Origin: a bacterium
Lineage (GTDB): Bacteria > SZUA-182 > SZUA-191
Assembly (NCBI GenBank): GCA_003230535.1
Contig: QIEW01000280.1
Location: 1-30,989 of the forward strand
Direction: 5' to 3'
DNA: 30,989 nucleotides
This document shows positions 18,329 to 26,467 of the stretch, piece by piece. The stretch's first letter is position 1, and every line of letters begins with the position of its first letter. The notes beneath the pieces were generated by a model. The model saw only the letters and a program-made list of their open reading frames with translations. It was not told the origin of the DNA and searched no databases. Made by a program: the position numbers and the translations under genes.

Positions 18329-20198
18329 GAAAACAAAAAATCTGACGGCTGTTATTATGGCGGGGGGAAAAGGTATCCGGTTAAGCCCCCTGACAGACAA
18401 TATTCCTAAGCCCCTATTATCTATAGGTACAAAGCCTATTCTTGAATTATTGATTTGCAAGCTGAGGGATGAGCGGTTTAAAAAGATAATTATTACAACA
18501 GGATATAAGGGACGGATGATTGAAGCCTATTTTAAAAACGGTTCCCAATACGGCGTGGATATTACATATACCAGAGAAAATAAGCCTCTTGGCACCGTCG
18601 GGGCACTCACTCTTATTTCACGGAAAATAGCGGAACCCTTCTTAGTAATCAATGGAGATATCCTTACAGATCAAAATCTCGCTGTTTTTATGGAGTTTCA
18701 TATTGAATCCGGCGCCTCAATAACAGTGGGAATCAGGAAACATCAGGAAAAAGTGAGCTTCGGGGTTATCAATAGAGATGGCTCCATTCTTAGGGAAATA
18801 GAAGAAAAACCCAAATTGTATTTTGATATAGGTGCCGGAATTTACGCAATTTCTCCGCAAGTTATAGAAGAGATACCTCAGGATACATTTTTTGATTTTC
18901 CCGATTTGGTAAAGAAAATACAACAACATCAAAATATCAAATGCTATGAAATAAAAGGCTTCTGGAAAGATATTGGTCGATGGGAAGATTATGAAGAATT
19001 AAACCATAATGTTACACTATTGCAATCACTTGATTGCTATAATCCTCCATCCCCTGAAGAGCCCTCTCCCCCACCGATTAAGATTCCTATTGCCTCGCCG
19101 AATATCTCCCTAGAGGAGGCGCAAGCCTGTTTCAGCGTGGTACTCTCAGGCTTTCTAAATGAGGGCAAAAAAGTAGAAGCCTTTGAAAATAAAATAAGAG
19201 ATTATGTTGGCTGTAACCATGCGATTGCTTTCTTTAATGGAACAGTTGCTCTACACTCGCTCCTTTTAGCTCTTGGCATAAGTCATTCAGAAGATGAGGT
19301 TATTGTCCCCTCATTAACTTTTGTGTCGACTGCGACAACAGTACTTCATGCCGGGGGAAGGCCGGTTTTTGCAGATATAGATCCTTATACGTTAAACATA
19401 GCCCCTGAAGATACAGAAGCTCGCATCTCAGAAAAGACAAAGGCTATTGTTGTGGTTCACTATGCCGGACAGCCTGCGGATATAGATCGGTTTATATATC
19501 TGGCGGAAAAATATAAGCTGTATCTCATTGAAGATGCTGCTGAGGCACTCGGCGCTGAATACGATAATAAAAAAGTGGGCTCCTTTGGTATAGCGGGTAT
19601 GTTCAGTTTTACTCCTACCAAAAACATTACCACCGGTGAGGGGGGAATTATTACTACAAACGACGGATATCTGGCAAGACAACTACGGTTGCTGAAAAAC
19701 CACGGTTCTTCTGATCTATATCACCACGTGGTAGTAGGTTATAACTACCGCATGACTGAGATGCAAGGAGCAATTGGAATTGCACAGATGGAAAAGCTGC
19801 CCGGCATACTTAAAAGAAAAGAGGAGATGGCTAGTTATTTTTCGGGAAAGCTTAAGAATGTCCTAGGAATAATACCCCCTTTTCATGCAAAGCGTAGAAA
19901 ACATACTTATATGATGTTTACGGTTAGGATAGATCCTGTCCGGTGTCCATTGTCTCGGGCCGAGATTATGAAACAGTTGTTCAATATGGGAATCCAAACG
20001 AAGATATATTTCCCTCCACTTCACAAACAACCGATTTTTAGCCAATACGATATACCCTCCCCTCTCTCAGTTACCGATGCGGTGGCAGATACAATATTTT
20101 CGTTGCCGATGCATTCGCAATTAGAATATGAGCAAATCGACTATATAGTCGAATCCTTAAAATCCATTATTGTGAATGGAGGAAGTGTAAAAAAATGA
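18321..20198 (+). CDS. Fusion of a sugar-1-phosphate nucleotidyltransferase (PtmE-like, no CBS domains) and a DegT-family aminotransferase
   Basis: N-terminal MAGGKGIRL...PKPL, INGDIL, WKDIG; Pro-rich linker NPPSPEEPSPPP; C-terminal NGTVALH, EDAAEALG, SFTPTKNITTGEGG, YNYRMTEMQGAIG. One uninterrupted frame. Confidence 0.92.
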   Translation: MSEKTKNLTAVIMAGGKGIRLSPLTDNIPKPLLSIGTKPILELLICKLRDERFKKIIITTGYKGRMIEAYFKNGSQYGVDITYTRENKPLGTVGALTLISRKIAEPFLVINGDILTDQNLAVFMEFHIESGASITVGIRKHQEKVSFGVINRDGSILREIEEKPKLYFDIGAGIYAISPQVIEEIPQDTFFDFPDLVKKIQQHQNIKCYEIKGFWKDIGRWEDYEELNHNVTLLQSLDCYNPPSPEEPSPPPIKIPIASPNISLEEAQACFSVVLSGFLNEGKKVEAFENKIRDYVGCNHAIAFFNGTVALHSLLLALGISHSEDEVIVPSLTFVSTATTVLHAGGRPVFADIDPYTLNIAPEDTEARISEKTKAIVVVHYAGQPADIDRFIYLAEKYKLYLIEDAAEALGAEYDNKKVGSFGIAGMFSFTPTKNITTGEGGIITTNDGYLARQLRLLKNHGSSDLYHHVVVGYNYRMTEMQGAIGIAQMEKLPGILKRKEEMASYFSGKLKNVLGIIPPFHAKRRKHTYMMFTVRIDPVRCPLSRAEIMKQLFNMGIQTKIYFPPLHKQPIFSQYDIPSPLSVTDAVADTIFSLPMHSQLEYEQIDYIVESLKSIIVNGGSVKK

Positions 20199-21421
20199 AG
20201 GTGGCCTACATTCAGCCTAAATCATTTTTCTGTTGGGAAGCCCTGGGGATTGGTTATCTTGGCGCTTATTGCAAGCAGCATGGATTTACTGACCAGCAGT
20301 TTTTATCTTCATTATGGGATGATGAGGATCTTATTGTTAAAAGAGCTGCCGGGGCGGATGTTATAGGTTTTTCTTGTACCTCTCCCCAGATGAGATGTGC
20401 TCTATCCCTGGCTCGCAGAATTAAGCAGCAAAATCCAAAGGTCTGGACGGTATTCGGTGGGGTTCATCCCTCAGCATTACCGGAAGAGACGGCTGCCTTG
20501 CCTGAGGTTGATAGTGTTGTCGTGGGCGAAGGCGAGGTATCTATGCTGAAGATATTGAATGGATGCCGGGATGCTATAGTAAAAAGTCCTTATATCGAAG
20601 ACATTGATACAATTCCCAACCCTGATCGGCACCTGATTAAACTGGAGAGACACCTAACCTTGACCTATGAAGGAGAAGGAAAGAGAATTACTAGTATTTT
20701 CAGCAGCCGGGCTTGTCCGTTTGGTTGTGTCTTCTGCGCGTCTAATAGTGTCTGGGGCAGAAAACAGCGCCTGCGCAGCCCTAAAAATATAATAGGTGAA
20801 TTTGAGGAACTAAGGAGTAGCTGGAATGTGGATTACATAAATTTTGCGGACGATGAAGTTGGTATAAAACGTTCTCATCTTTTAGAGGTCTGTGAGCTAT
20901 TGATCAAAAATAATAATAAAATTAATTGGGGAGTAAATATGGTGGTTAATAGCATTTCCGAAGACCTCCTCATAAAAATGAAAAGAGCGGGTTGCACAGA
21001 TATCTGGATGGGAGTGGAGAGCGGTTCGCAGCGTATCTTAAAGAGCATGAGAAAACCATTCAATGCCGAAGATGTAAAGAGGGCCTTCAAAATCACAAAG
21101 AAATACGGTTTTTCAAGACGTGCATATGTTATCCTGGGGATGCCTGATGAGACTCTTGAGGACATACGGCTTACCGACCAACTGCTCGAAGAGATCGACT
21201 CTGATGTTGTGGGATTTACAATACTGGCACCCTTCCCGGGAACCAGATTTTATAATCCCGCTAAACATAAGGATGTTGACTGGGCACAAGTTGATGAATA
21301 CAGAAACGATTTAACGGCAACCAACACCCTGACAAACGAGGCTCTTAAAGGAATACAGATGCAACTTGTAGAGAAATATAAAAAGAAGATTTCCTACCAC
21401 CATAAGCTTTATGAAAAGTAA
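20195..21421 (+). CDS. B12-binding radical SAM protein, third and more distant copy
   Basis: EALGIGYLGA, VFGGVHPS, VVVGEGE, SSRACPFGCVFC, GVESGSQRIL. Confidence 0.92.
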   Translation: MKVAYIQPKSFFCWEALGIGYLGAYCKQHGFTDQQFLSSLWDDEDLIVKRAAGADVIGFSCTSPQMRCALSLARRIKQQNPKVWTVFGGVHPSALPEETAALPEVDSVVVGEGEVSMLKILNGCRDAIVKSPYIEDIDTIPNPDRHLIKLERHLTLTYEGEGKRITSIFSSRACPFGCVFCASNSVWGRKQRLRSPKNIIGEFEELRSSWNVDYINFADDEVGIKRSHLLEVCELLIKNNNKINWGVNMVVNSISEDLLIKMKRAGCTDIWMGVESGSQRILKSMRKPFNAEDVKRAFKITKKYGFSRRAYVILGMPDETLEDIRLTDQLLEEIDSDVVGFTILAPFPGTRFYNPAKHKDVDWAQVDEYRNDLTATNTLTNEALKGIQMQLVEKYKKKISYHHKLYEK

Positions 21422-22619
21422 ACCGGACACCTTAACGGTTATGGTAGTGGCTCCTGGTCACTCAATACATACAAAGCGTTTTGTGGAAGCACTTCTTTCG
21501 AACAGAGACAGGGTTATCAGCGTATGTGGAAGAAATCCTTTTCCCGAAGGCCGCAATGGGTTCCGGTTTTTCCCTCTGCTCCGCCCCCTGCCCGGGTCTC
21601 CTCTCGTACATGGTTTCCTGGACAGGTTCCTTGATTACAGAGCGGTTGATCGGATAATAATAAGAGTAGCCAGCCTATGGTTAAGGATGTTATGGATGTG
21701 GTTCCGGCCCGGGGTTGTTCACCTTCTGTGGCTCGATAGGATGGCCAATGTGTGCCTGGCCGGTGGCTTGAGGCCCCTTGTATTGAACTGCTGGGGTTCG
21801 GACATCAATCAGCATTTTCTTCCTGATGCCGACCCGTACGAGTGTGAACTCTGCCGTCAGGCCCTGTTAGGGGCGGACCTGGTCATTTGTGATACACCTG
21901 ACATTATCGAAAAATGCAGGGAGATAGCTGGTACCACCGTTGAATCGGCTCTCCTCCATCTTGGCGTGGACACAAAGAAATTTTCTCCAAGACCTCCGAA
22001 TATACGCAAGATGTGGAGGGAGATGCTTGATATACCTTTAGATGCAAAGGTGTTAGTATCCATGCGAGCATGCCATCCAATGTACGGACACCATCTCATA
22101 CTGGAGGCGTTTTCCATGGCCTGCAAGAGAATATCAGAAGACGTCTTCCTCGTCTTTAAAACATACAATATAGAAATTTATCCCGACAATCAAGGTTACG
22201 AAGAGAGTCTTTGCCGGAGAGCCGAGGAGCTTGGAATCTCCAGCAGGATTCGCTGGTTAGGAACCGTGCCCTTTGAACAATTGCCTGACATATACGCTTT
22301 ATCCGATATCGTCATCAATTATCCGGAAATGGATACGCTGGGAGTAACACTGCTGGAAGCCGCATCATGCAAAAAACGCATTATTACCTGCAATCTGCCG
22401 AGTTATCGAGGGACATTTGTTGAGAAGTATGCTAAGTTAGTTCCCCGCGGGGATCTGAAAAAGCTGGAGGATGCGATCGTTGAAGCTGTAACCATGCCAT
22501 CTCAAGCCAGTGGCTCCCTTTTGGAAGAGGCCCGCCGCCTAGTTGAGGAATATCACAGCTACAACAGGTTTTCTCAAAAACTTAAGGCAATTAATGAGAG
22601 ATTTGCCTCAAACCCTTAG
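21411..22619 (+). CDS. GT4 (GT-B) glycosyltransferase
   Basis: LNCWGSDI, LHLGVDTKKF, SMRACHPMYG, PEMDTLGVTLLEAAS (D-x7-E motif). Confidence 0.88.
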   Translation: MKSKPDTLTVMVVAPGHSIHTKRFVEALLSNRDRVISVCGRNPFPEGRNGFRFFPLLRPLPGSPLVHGFLDRFLDYRAVDRIIIRVASLWLRMLWMWFRPGVVHLLWLDRMANVCLAGGLRPLVLNCWGSDINQHFLPDADPYECELCRQALLGADLVICDTPDIIEKCREIAGTTVESALLHLGVDTKKFSPRPPNIRKMWREMLDIPLDAKVLVSMRACHPMYGHHLILEAFSMACKRISEDVFLVFKTYNIEIYPDNQGYEESLCRRAEELGISSRIRWLGTVPFEQLPDIYALSDIVINYPEMDTLGVTLLEAASCKKRIITCNLPSYRGTFVEKYAKLVPRGDLKKLEDAIVEAVTMPSQASGSLLEEARRLVEEYHSYNRFSQKLKAINERFASNP

Positions 22620-22730
22620 GGAACAGTTGAGGAAAAGACGGCATGATACAAAGATATGGCAGCTGTTATAAAGGACAAGGGTTGAATAAAAAATTTCCTT
22701 TTAAGAAGATAGGGATAAGTATGAGGTATA

Positions 22731-23972
22731 ATGAAATTACTCAGAATTACTACTAACTATCCTGCCTATCTGAAAAAATTTTATGCCAGGCGCCCCGGGA
22801 TTGAGCAAAGGTCTTACACTGAGCAGAAGGCCGCGCTGGATTATGATGCTTTCGGTGGGGCAGACTTCTGGTCACATGCTTTGAAGCCGCTTGGCTATGA
22901 TGTGGTTGAGATTACTGCTAATGCCGAGCCTATGCAAAAGGTATGGGCTGTTGAACATAGGGTTAGGTTCCGTGAATCAAATTGGTTGCTGGATATTTCC
23001 AAGGCCCAGATTGAAAATGAAAAGCCTGATGTATTGTTTGTGGCTGATTATTCAACCTTCACCTATCAATGGTTAACAGAGCTTCGCCAGAGTTGTCCTT
23101 CCATTAAACTTGTATTAGGTTGGTGCGGCGCCCCTTTCGAGGGTGAAACCGTTTTTCAGGCCTACGATTTGGTGCTTTCCAACGTGCCGGAACTAGTGGA
23201 GAAGTTCCGGGAGATGGGTCACCGGAGTGAGCATATGAACCATGCATTCGATCCGCGCATTCTTGAGCGTATTGATTTAAAAGGCAGACAATTTATAGAT
23301 TTTTCGTTTATTGGCAGCATTGTTCGGCACAATCAGTATCATCTCGAGCGCGAGCGTTTACTGGAACGGCTTGTTCAGCTTGGGAATGTTGAAATATATT
23401 CCCCGAGTGCAGAGATGACGCTCACGGATGAGTTAAAGGCGATTTTAATGCGGGGACTTTATGGAGTTATGGCAGGAGCCCGCACAACAGGAGTTTCTAA
23501 TGAGGTTCTGCAAAAACTGCCCGTGATTGGAAAAGCGGCTACCTGGGAATCTAAACCACTTAGGCCGATAAACCCAAATCTTACACCGTACATGAAACCA
23601 GGCGTTTTTGGCTTGGAGATGTTCCAGGCTTTGCGGAATTCAAAAGTAACTTTCAATTCCCATATTGATATCTCTTCAAGGTCGGCATCTAACATGCGCC
23701 TGTTTGAGGCCACCGGCGTTGGCACATGCCTCCTAACAGACTGGAAGGAAAACCTCCAAGATTTGTTTGAACCCGATAAAGAGGTCGTCACATACAGATC
23801 TGCCGAGGAGTGCGTGGAAAAAGTAACGTGGCTCCTTGAACATCCAAAGGAGCGTGAAGAGATTGCCAAGGCAGGGCAGGAAAGATGTTTGCGCAATCAC
23901 ACGTTTGACATCCGGGCCAGACAGTTGGATGAAATTATTAAAAAATATTCAAGGGCCAGCAAGGGCAATTAA
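22731..23972 (+). CDS. CgeB-like (Glyco_trans_1_2) glycosyltransferase
   Basis: DFSFIGSI, SKVTFNSHID...NMRLFEATGVGTCLLTD, EIAKAGQERCLRNHT. Confidence 0.88.
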   Translation: MKLLRITTNYPAYLKKFYARRPGIEQRSYTEQKAALDYDAFGGADFWSHALKPLGYDVVEITANAEPMQKVWAVEHRVRFRESNWLLDISKAQIENEKPDVLFVADYSTFTYQWLTELRQSCPSIKLVLGWCGAPFEGETVFQAYDLVLSNVPELVEKFREMGHRSEHMNHAFDPRILERIDLKGRQFIDFSFIGSIVRHNQYHLERERLLERLVQLGNVEIYSPSAEMTLTDELKAILMRGLYGVMAGARTTGVSNEVLQKLPVIGKAATWESKPLRPINPNLTPYMKPGVFGLEMFQALRNSKVTFNSHIDISSRSASNMRLFEATGVGTCLLTDWKENLQDLFEPDKEVVTYRSAEECVEKVTWLLEHPKEREEIAKAGQERCLRNHTFDIRARQLDEIIKKYSRASKGN

Positions 23973-24033
23973 GGAATACAATTGTTACTTGGGGAAATGG
24001 TTTATTTGTATGAAATATGCAGGGGAAAAATAA

Positions 24034-24603
24034 ATGCTGAACAGTTTTAAAAAATATATTATTCAAAAAAAAAATAGAAGTAAACTGTATTCTTGCGGTG
24101 AGAATTCAGAACTTACAGGTAGAATAGATAAAAGGCATCCCAAGAGTGTTATAGTTATAGGGGAAAATTGCCTTATTGAAGGAACGCTCGTTACTGAAAC
24201 TAAAGACAGTAAAATATCCATAAGAAATAATGTGTTTATAGGAGGAAACACCATATTGGATTGTGTAGTTTCTATTGTAGTAGAAGATGATGTTTTGATT
24301 TCATATCAATGCCTGCTAGCCGATAGCGATAACCACAGTGTACGTTATAGCATTAGAAAACAAGATCTGGCAGGCTGGAAAGATGACAGGAAACATGATT
24401 GGGGTCCTATAAAATCCAAGCCGGTTAAAATACGCAAAGGGGCATGGATAGGTGCGCGAGCGATTATATTAAAGGGAGTAACCATAGGAGAAGGGGGGAT
24501 AGTGGGTGCGGGCAGCGTGGTGACTAAAGACGTTCCTCCCTATACAATAGTGGCCGGTAATCCGGCCAAGGTAATTAGAGAGATTTTCCTTGATGAGCGC
24601 TAG
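24034..24603 (+). CDS. Hexapeptide-repeat (left-handed beta-helix) acyltransferase
   Basis: [64 protein letters not shown]. Confidence 0.93.
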   Translation: MLNSFKKYIIQKKNRSKLYSCGENSELTGRIDKRHPKSVIVIGENCLIEGTLVTETKDSKISIRNNVFIGGNTILDCVVSIVVEDDVLISYQCLLADSDNHSVRYSIRKQDLAGWKDDRKHDWGPIKSKPVKIRKGAWIGARAIILKGVTIGEGGIVGAGSVVTKDVPPYTIVAGNPAKVIREIFLDER

Positions 24604-24748
24604 ATTTGTTTCGTGGGAGGAAGCGGTTTTATGGCTCAGGGAGCAGCCGGAGCACCGGGAGCTTGTACGGGCGTGTTTTTATGATGATCCCCTTTCCGCC
24701 GCCGCCGAGCGATATTATATGAGTACCGAATCGGGGGATTCAGGGTAA
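24593..24748 (+). pseudogene. Truncated 5' end (51 aa) of a probable SAM methyltransferase
   Basis: Hand translation [46 protein letters not shown] then SGDSG*. From memory this resembles the N-terminus of methyltransferases that follow such acyltransferases in other glycan loci (unverified). The start overlaps the acyltransferase 3' end. Confidence 0.6.
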
Positions 24749-24831
24749 GGAGGCAATTTAACAAGTATTACAATAATATCCATTCCTGCAACCCAGGGAA
24801 TCATTTGATTATTAAGGCGGAGAAAAGATGA
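24733..24831 (+). pseudogene. Orphan 3' tail of a deleted gene
   Basis: Open frame GGFRVRRQFNKYYNNIHSCNPGNHLIIKAEKR* whose TGA overlaps the per ATG (ATGA), the same coupling seen at six other junctions in the operon. Confidence 0.45.
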
Positions 24832-25940
24832 CCCAACACAAATTTATCCCAGTATCACAACCAGCCCTGATTGGGAATGAGAAAAGGTATGTGCTGGATT
24901 GCCTGGAAACAAATTGGATTTCCTCGATAGGGAAATACATCGGGCTGTTTGAGGAGAGGTTTACGGCATATATTGGAACAAAGTGTGCCGTTGCCTGTTC
25001 CAATGGTACGGCGGCGCTACATTTGGCTTTGTTAACTTTGGGTATTGGACCTGGGGATGAGGTAATAATCCCTACCCTTACTTATATTGCTACTGCCAAT
25101 GCGGTGAGGTATGTAGGGGCTAAGGTGGTACTGGTTGATTGTGAACTGGATACCTGGTGCCTGTCAGTGGATGATTTTAAGGCTAAAATAACGCCAAAGA
25201 CCAAAGCTGTTATTCCGGTACATTTATATGGCCATCCCTGCAATATGGATCCTATCCTGGAGGCGGCTCAGGCAAAGGGTATCTATGTAATTGAGGATGC
25301 GGCTGAGGCACTAGGAAGTAAGTATAAAGGCAGGTCTGCTGGTTCTATGGGCGATATAGCCACTTTCAGCTTTTATGGGAATAAAACCATTACTACCGGC
25401 GAAGGGGGAATGGTGGTATGTCAGAATGATGCTTTAGCCGATAGGGTACGGCTTTTCAAGGGTCAGGGTATGAGTCAGAAGCGGCGATATTGGTTTGAGG
25501 TAGTAGGATATAATTACCGGATGACCAACATTCAGGCAGCTATTGGCCTAGCACAACTGGAGAATATAGCGCACTTTATTGAGAAGAGGCGGCAGATCGC
25601 TGAGTGGTATTCCTCACAGCTTGCCGACATTCCAGGGATTACCCTGCCGGCGGAAAAGGATTACGCCTTCCATTCTTACTGGATGTATTCTATCTTGATA
25701 GAGGAAGAATACGGGATGAGTCGGGATGCACTTATGGCTATATTGGCCGATAATGGGATAGAGACTAGGCCGCTTTTCTATCCCATGCACATTATGCCAG
25801 TTTACGATAAATGCTCAAGCAACCCTGGAAATGCTGAATCTGTCGCCTCAAAGGGAATAAACCTCCCTACATTCTATGAACTTGAGGAGAGGGATATAGC
25901 ATTCATTACAAGTGTGCTTAGGGGAAAATGCCAACAATAG
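24828..25940 (+). CDS. per: GDP-perosamine synthase-like DegT aminotransferase
   Basis: IPVSQPALIGNEKRYVLDCLETNWISSIG, SNGTAALHLAL, SFYGNKTITTGEGG, GYNYRMTNIQAAIG. gmd is present in the window. Confidence 0.75.
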   Translation: MTQHKFIPVSQPALIGNEKRYVLDCLETNWISSIGKYIGLFEERFTAYIGTKCAVACSNGTAALHLALLTLGIGPGDEVIIPTLTYIATANAVRYVGAKVVLVDCELDTWCLSVDDFKAKITPKTKAVIPVHLYGHPCNMDPILEAAQAKGIYVIEDAAEALGSKYKGRSAGSMGDIATFSFYGNKTITTGEGGMVVCQNDALADRVRLFKGQGMSQKRRYWFEVVGYNYRMTNIQAAIGLAQLENIAHFIEKRRQIAEWYSSQLADIPGITLPAEKDYAFHSYWMYSILIEEEYGMSRDALMAILADNGIETRPLFYPMHIMPVYDKCSSNPGNAESVASKGINLPTFYELEERDIAFITSVLRGKCQQ

Positions 25941-26392
25941 AAATTGTAAAATTGAAGCCAGAGTGTTTAGAGCGTTTGATAAATTTTTTCGAAGAGATCA
26001 ACTCTACTAAGTACACAGATGATTTTTCACCCCATCCTTTTAACGCACAATATGCCAAACTCATTTGTAATTATCAAGGGCGTGACCTCTACTACTCTAT
26101 TCTCTTGGATGGAGAAAAGATGATCGGTTATGGTATGCTTAGAGGTTGGGATGAAGGTTATGAAATTCCTTCCATAGGTTTGTGTATATTAAAAAAACAC
26201 CAAGGTGTGAGGTTAGGGAAACTACTCGTGAATTTCCTTGAGACAGTGTCCAGATTAAAAGGTTGCTCAAAGGTGATGCTCAAGGTCAAAAAGAATAATA
26301 CAATAGCGAAAAGATTGTATGAAAGCCAAAAATATGTTTTTATAGAGCATAATGAGGAATTTCTGATTGGGTTTAAGAGTATCACAGAGTAA
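25928..26392 (+). CDS. GNAT-family N-acyltransferase
   Basis: IGYGMLRGW, SIGLCILKKHQGVRLGKLL (motif A), LKVKKNNTIAKRLYES. Confidence 0.9.
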   Translation: MPTIEIVKLKPECLERLINFFEEINSTKYTDDFSPHPFNAQYAKLICNYQGRDLYYSILLDGEKMIGYGMLRGWDEGYEIPSIGLCILKKHQGVRLGKLLVNFLETVSRLKGCSKVMLKVKKNNTIAKRLYESQKYVFIEHNEEFLIGFKSITE

Positions 26393-26467
26393 ACACAAAA
26401 AAACTTTTCGATCTCTGCTTCCTTTTTCTGATACAAGGAATGGAAGGTAGAGAGTAAGGATGACAAG

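Noticed and set aside
17339-20198. Complete legionaminic or pseudaminic acid pathway
   Set aside because: No synthase, hydrolysing epimerase or CMP-transferase is visible in the window.
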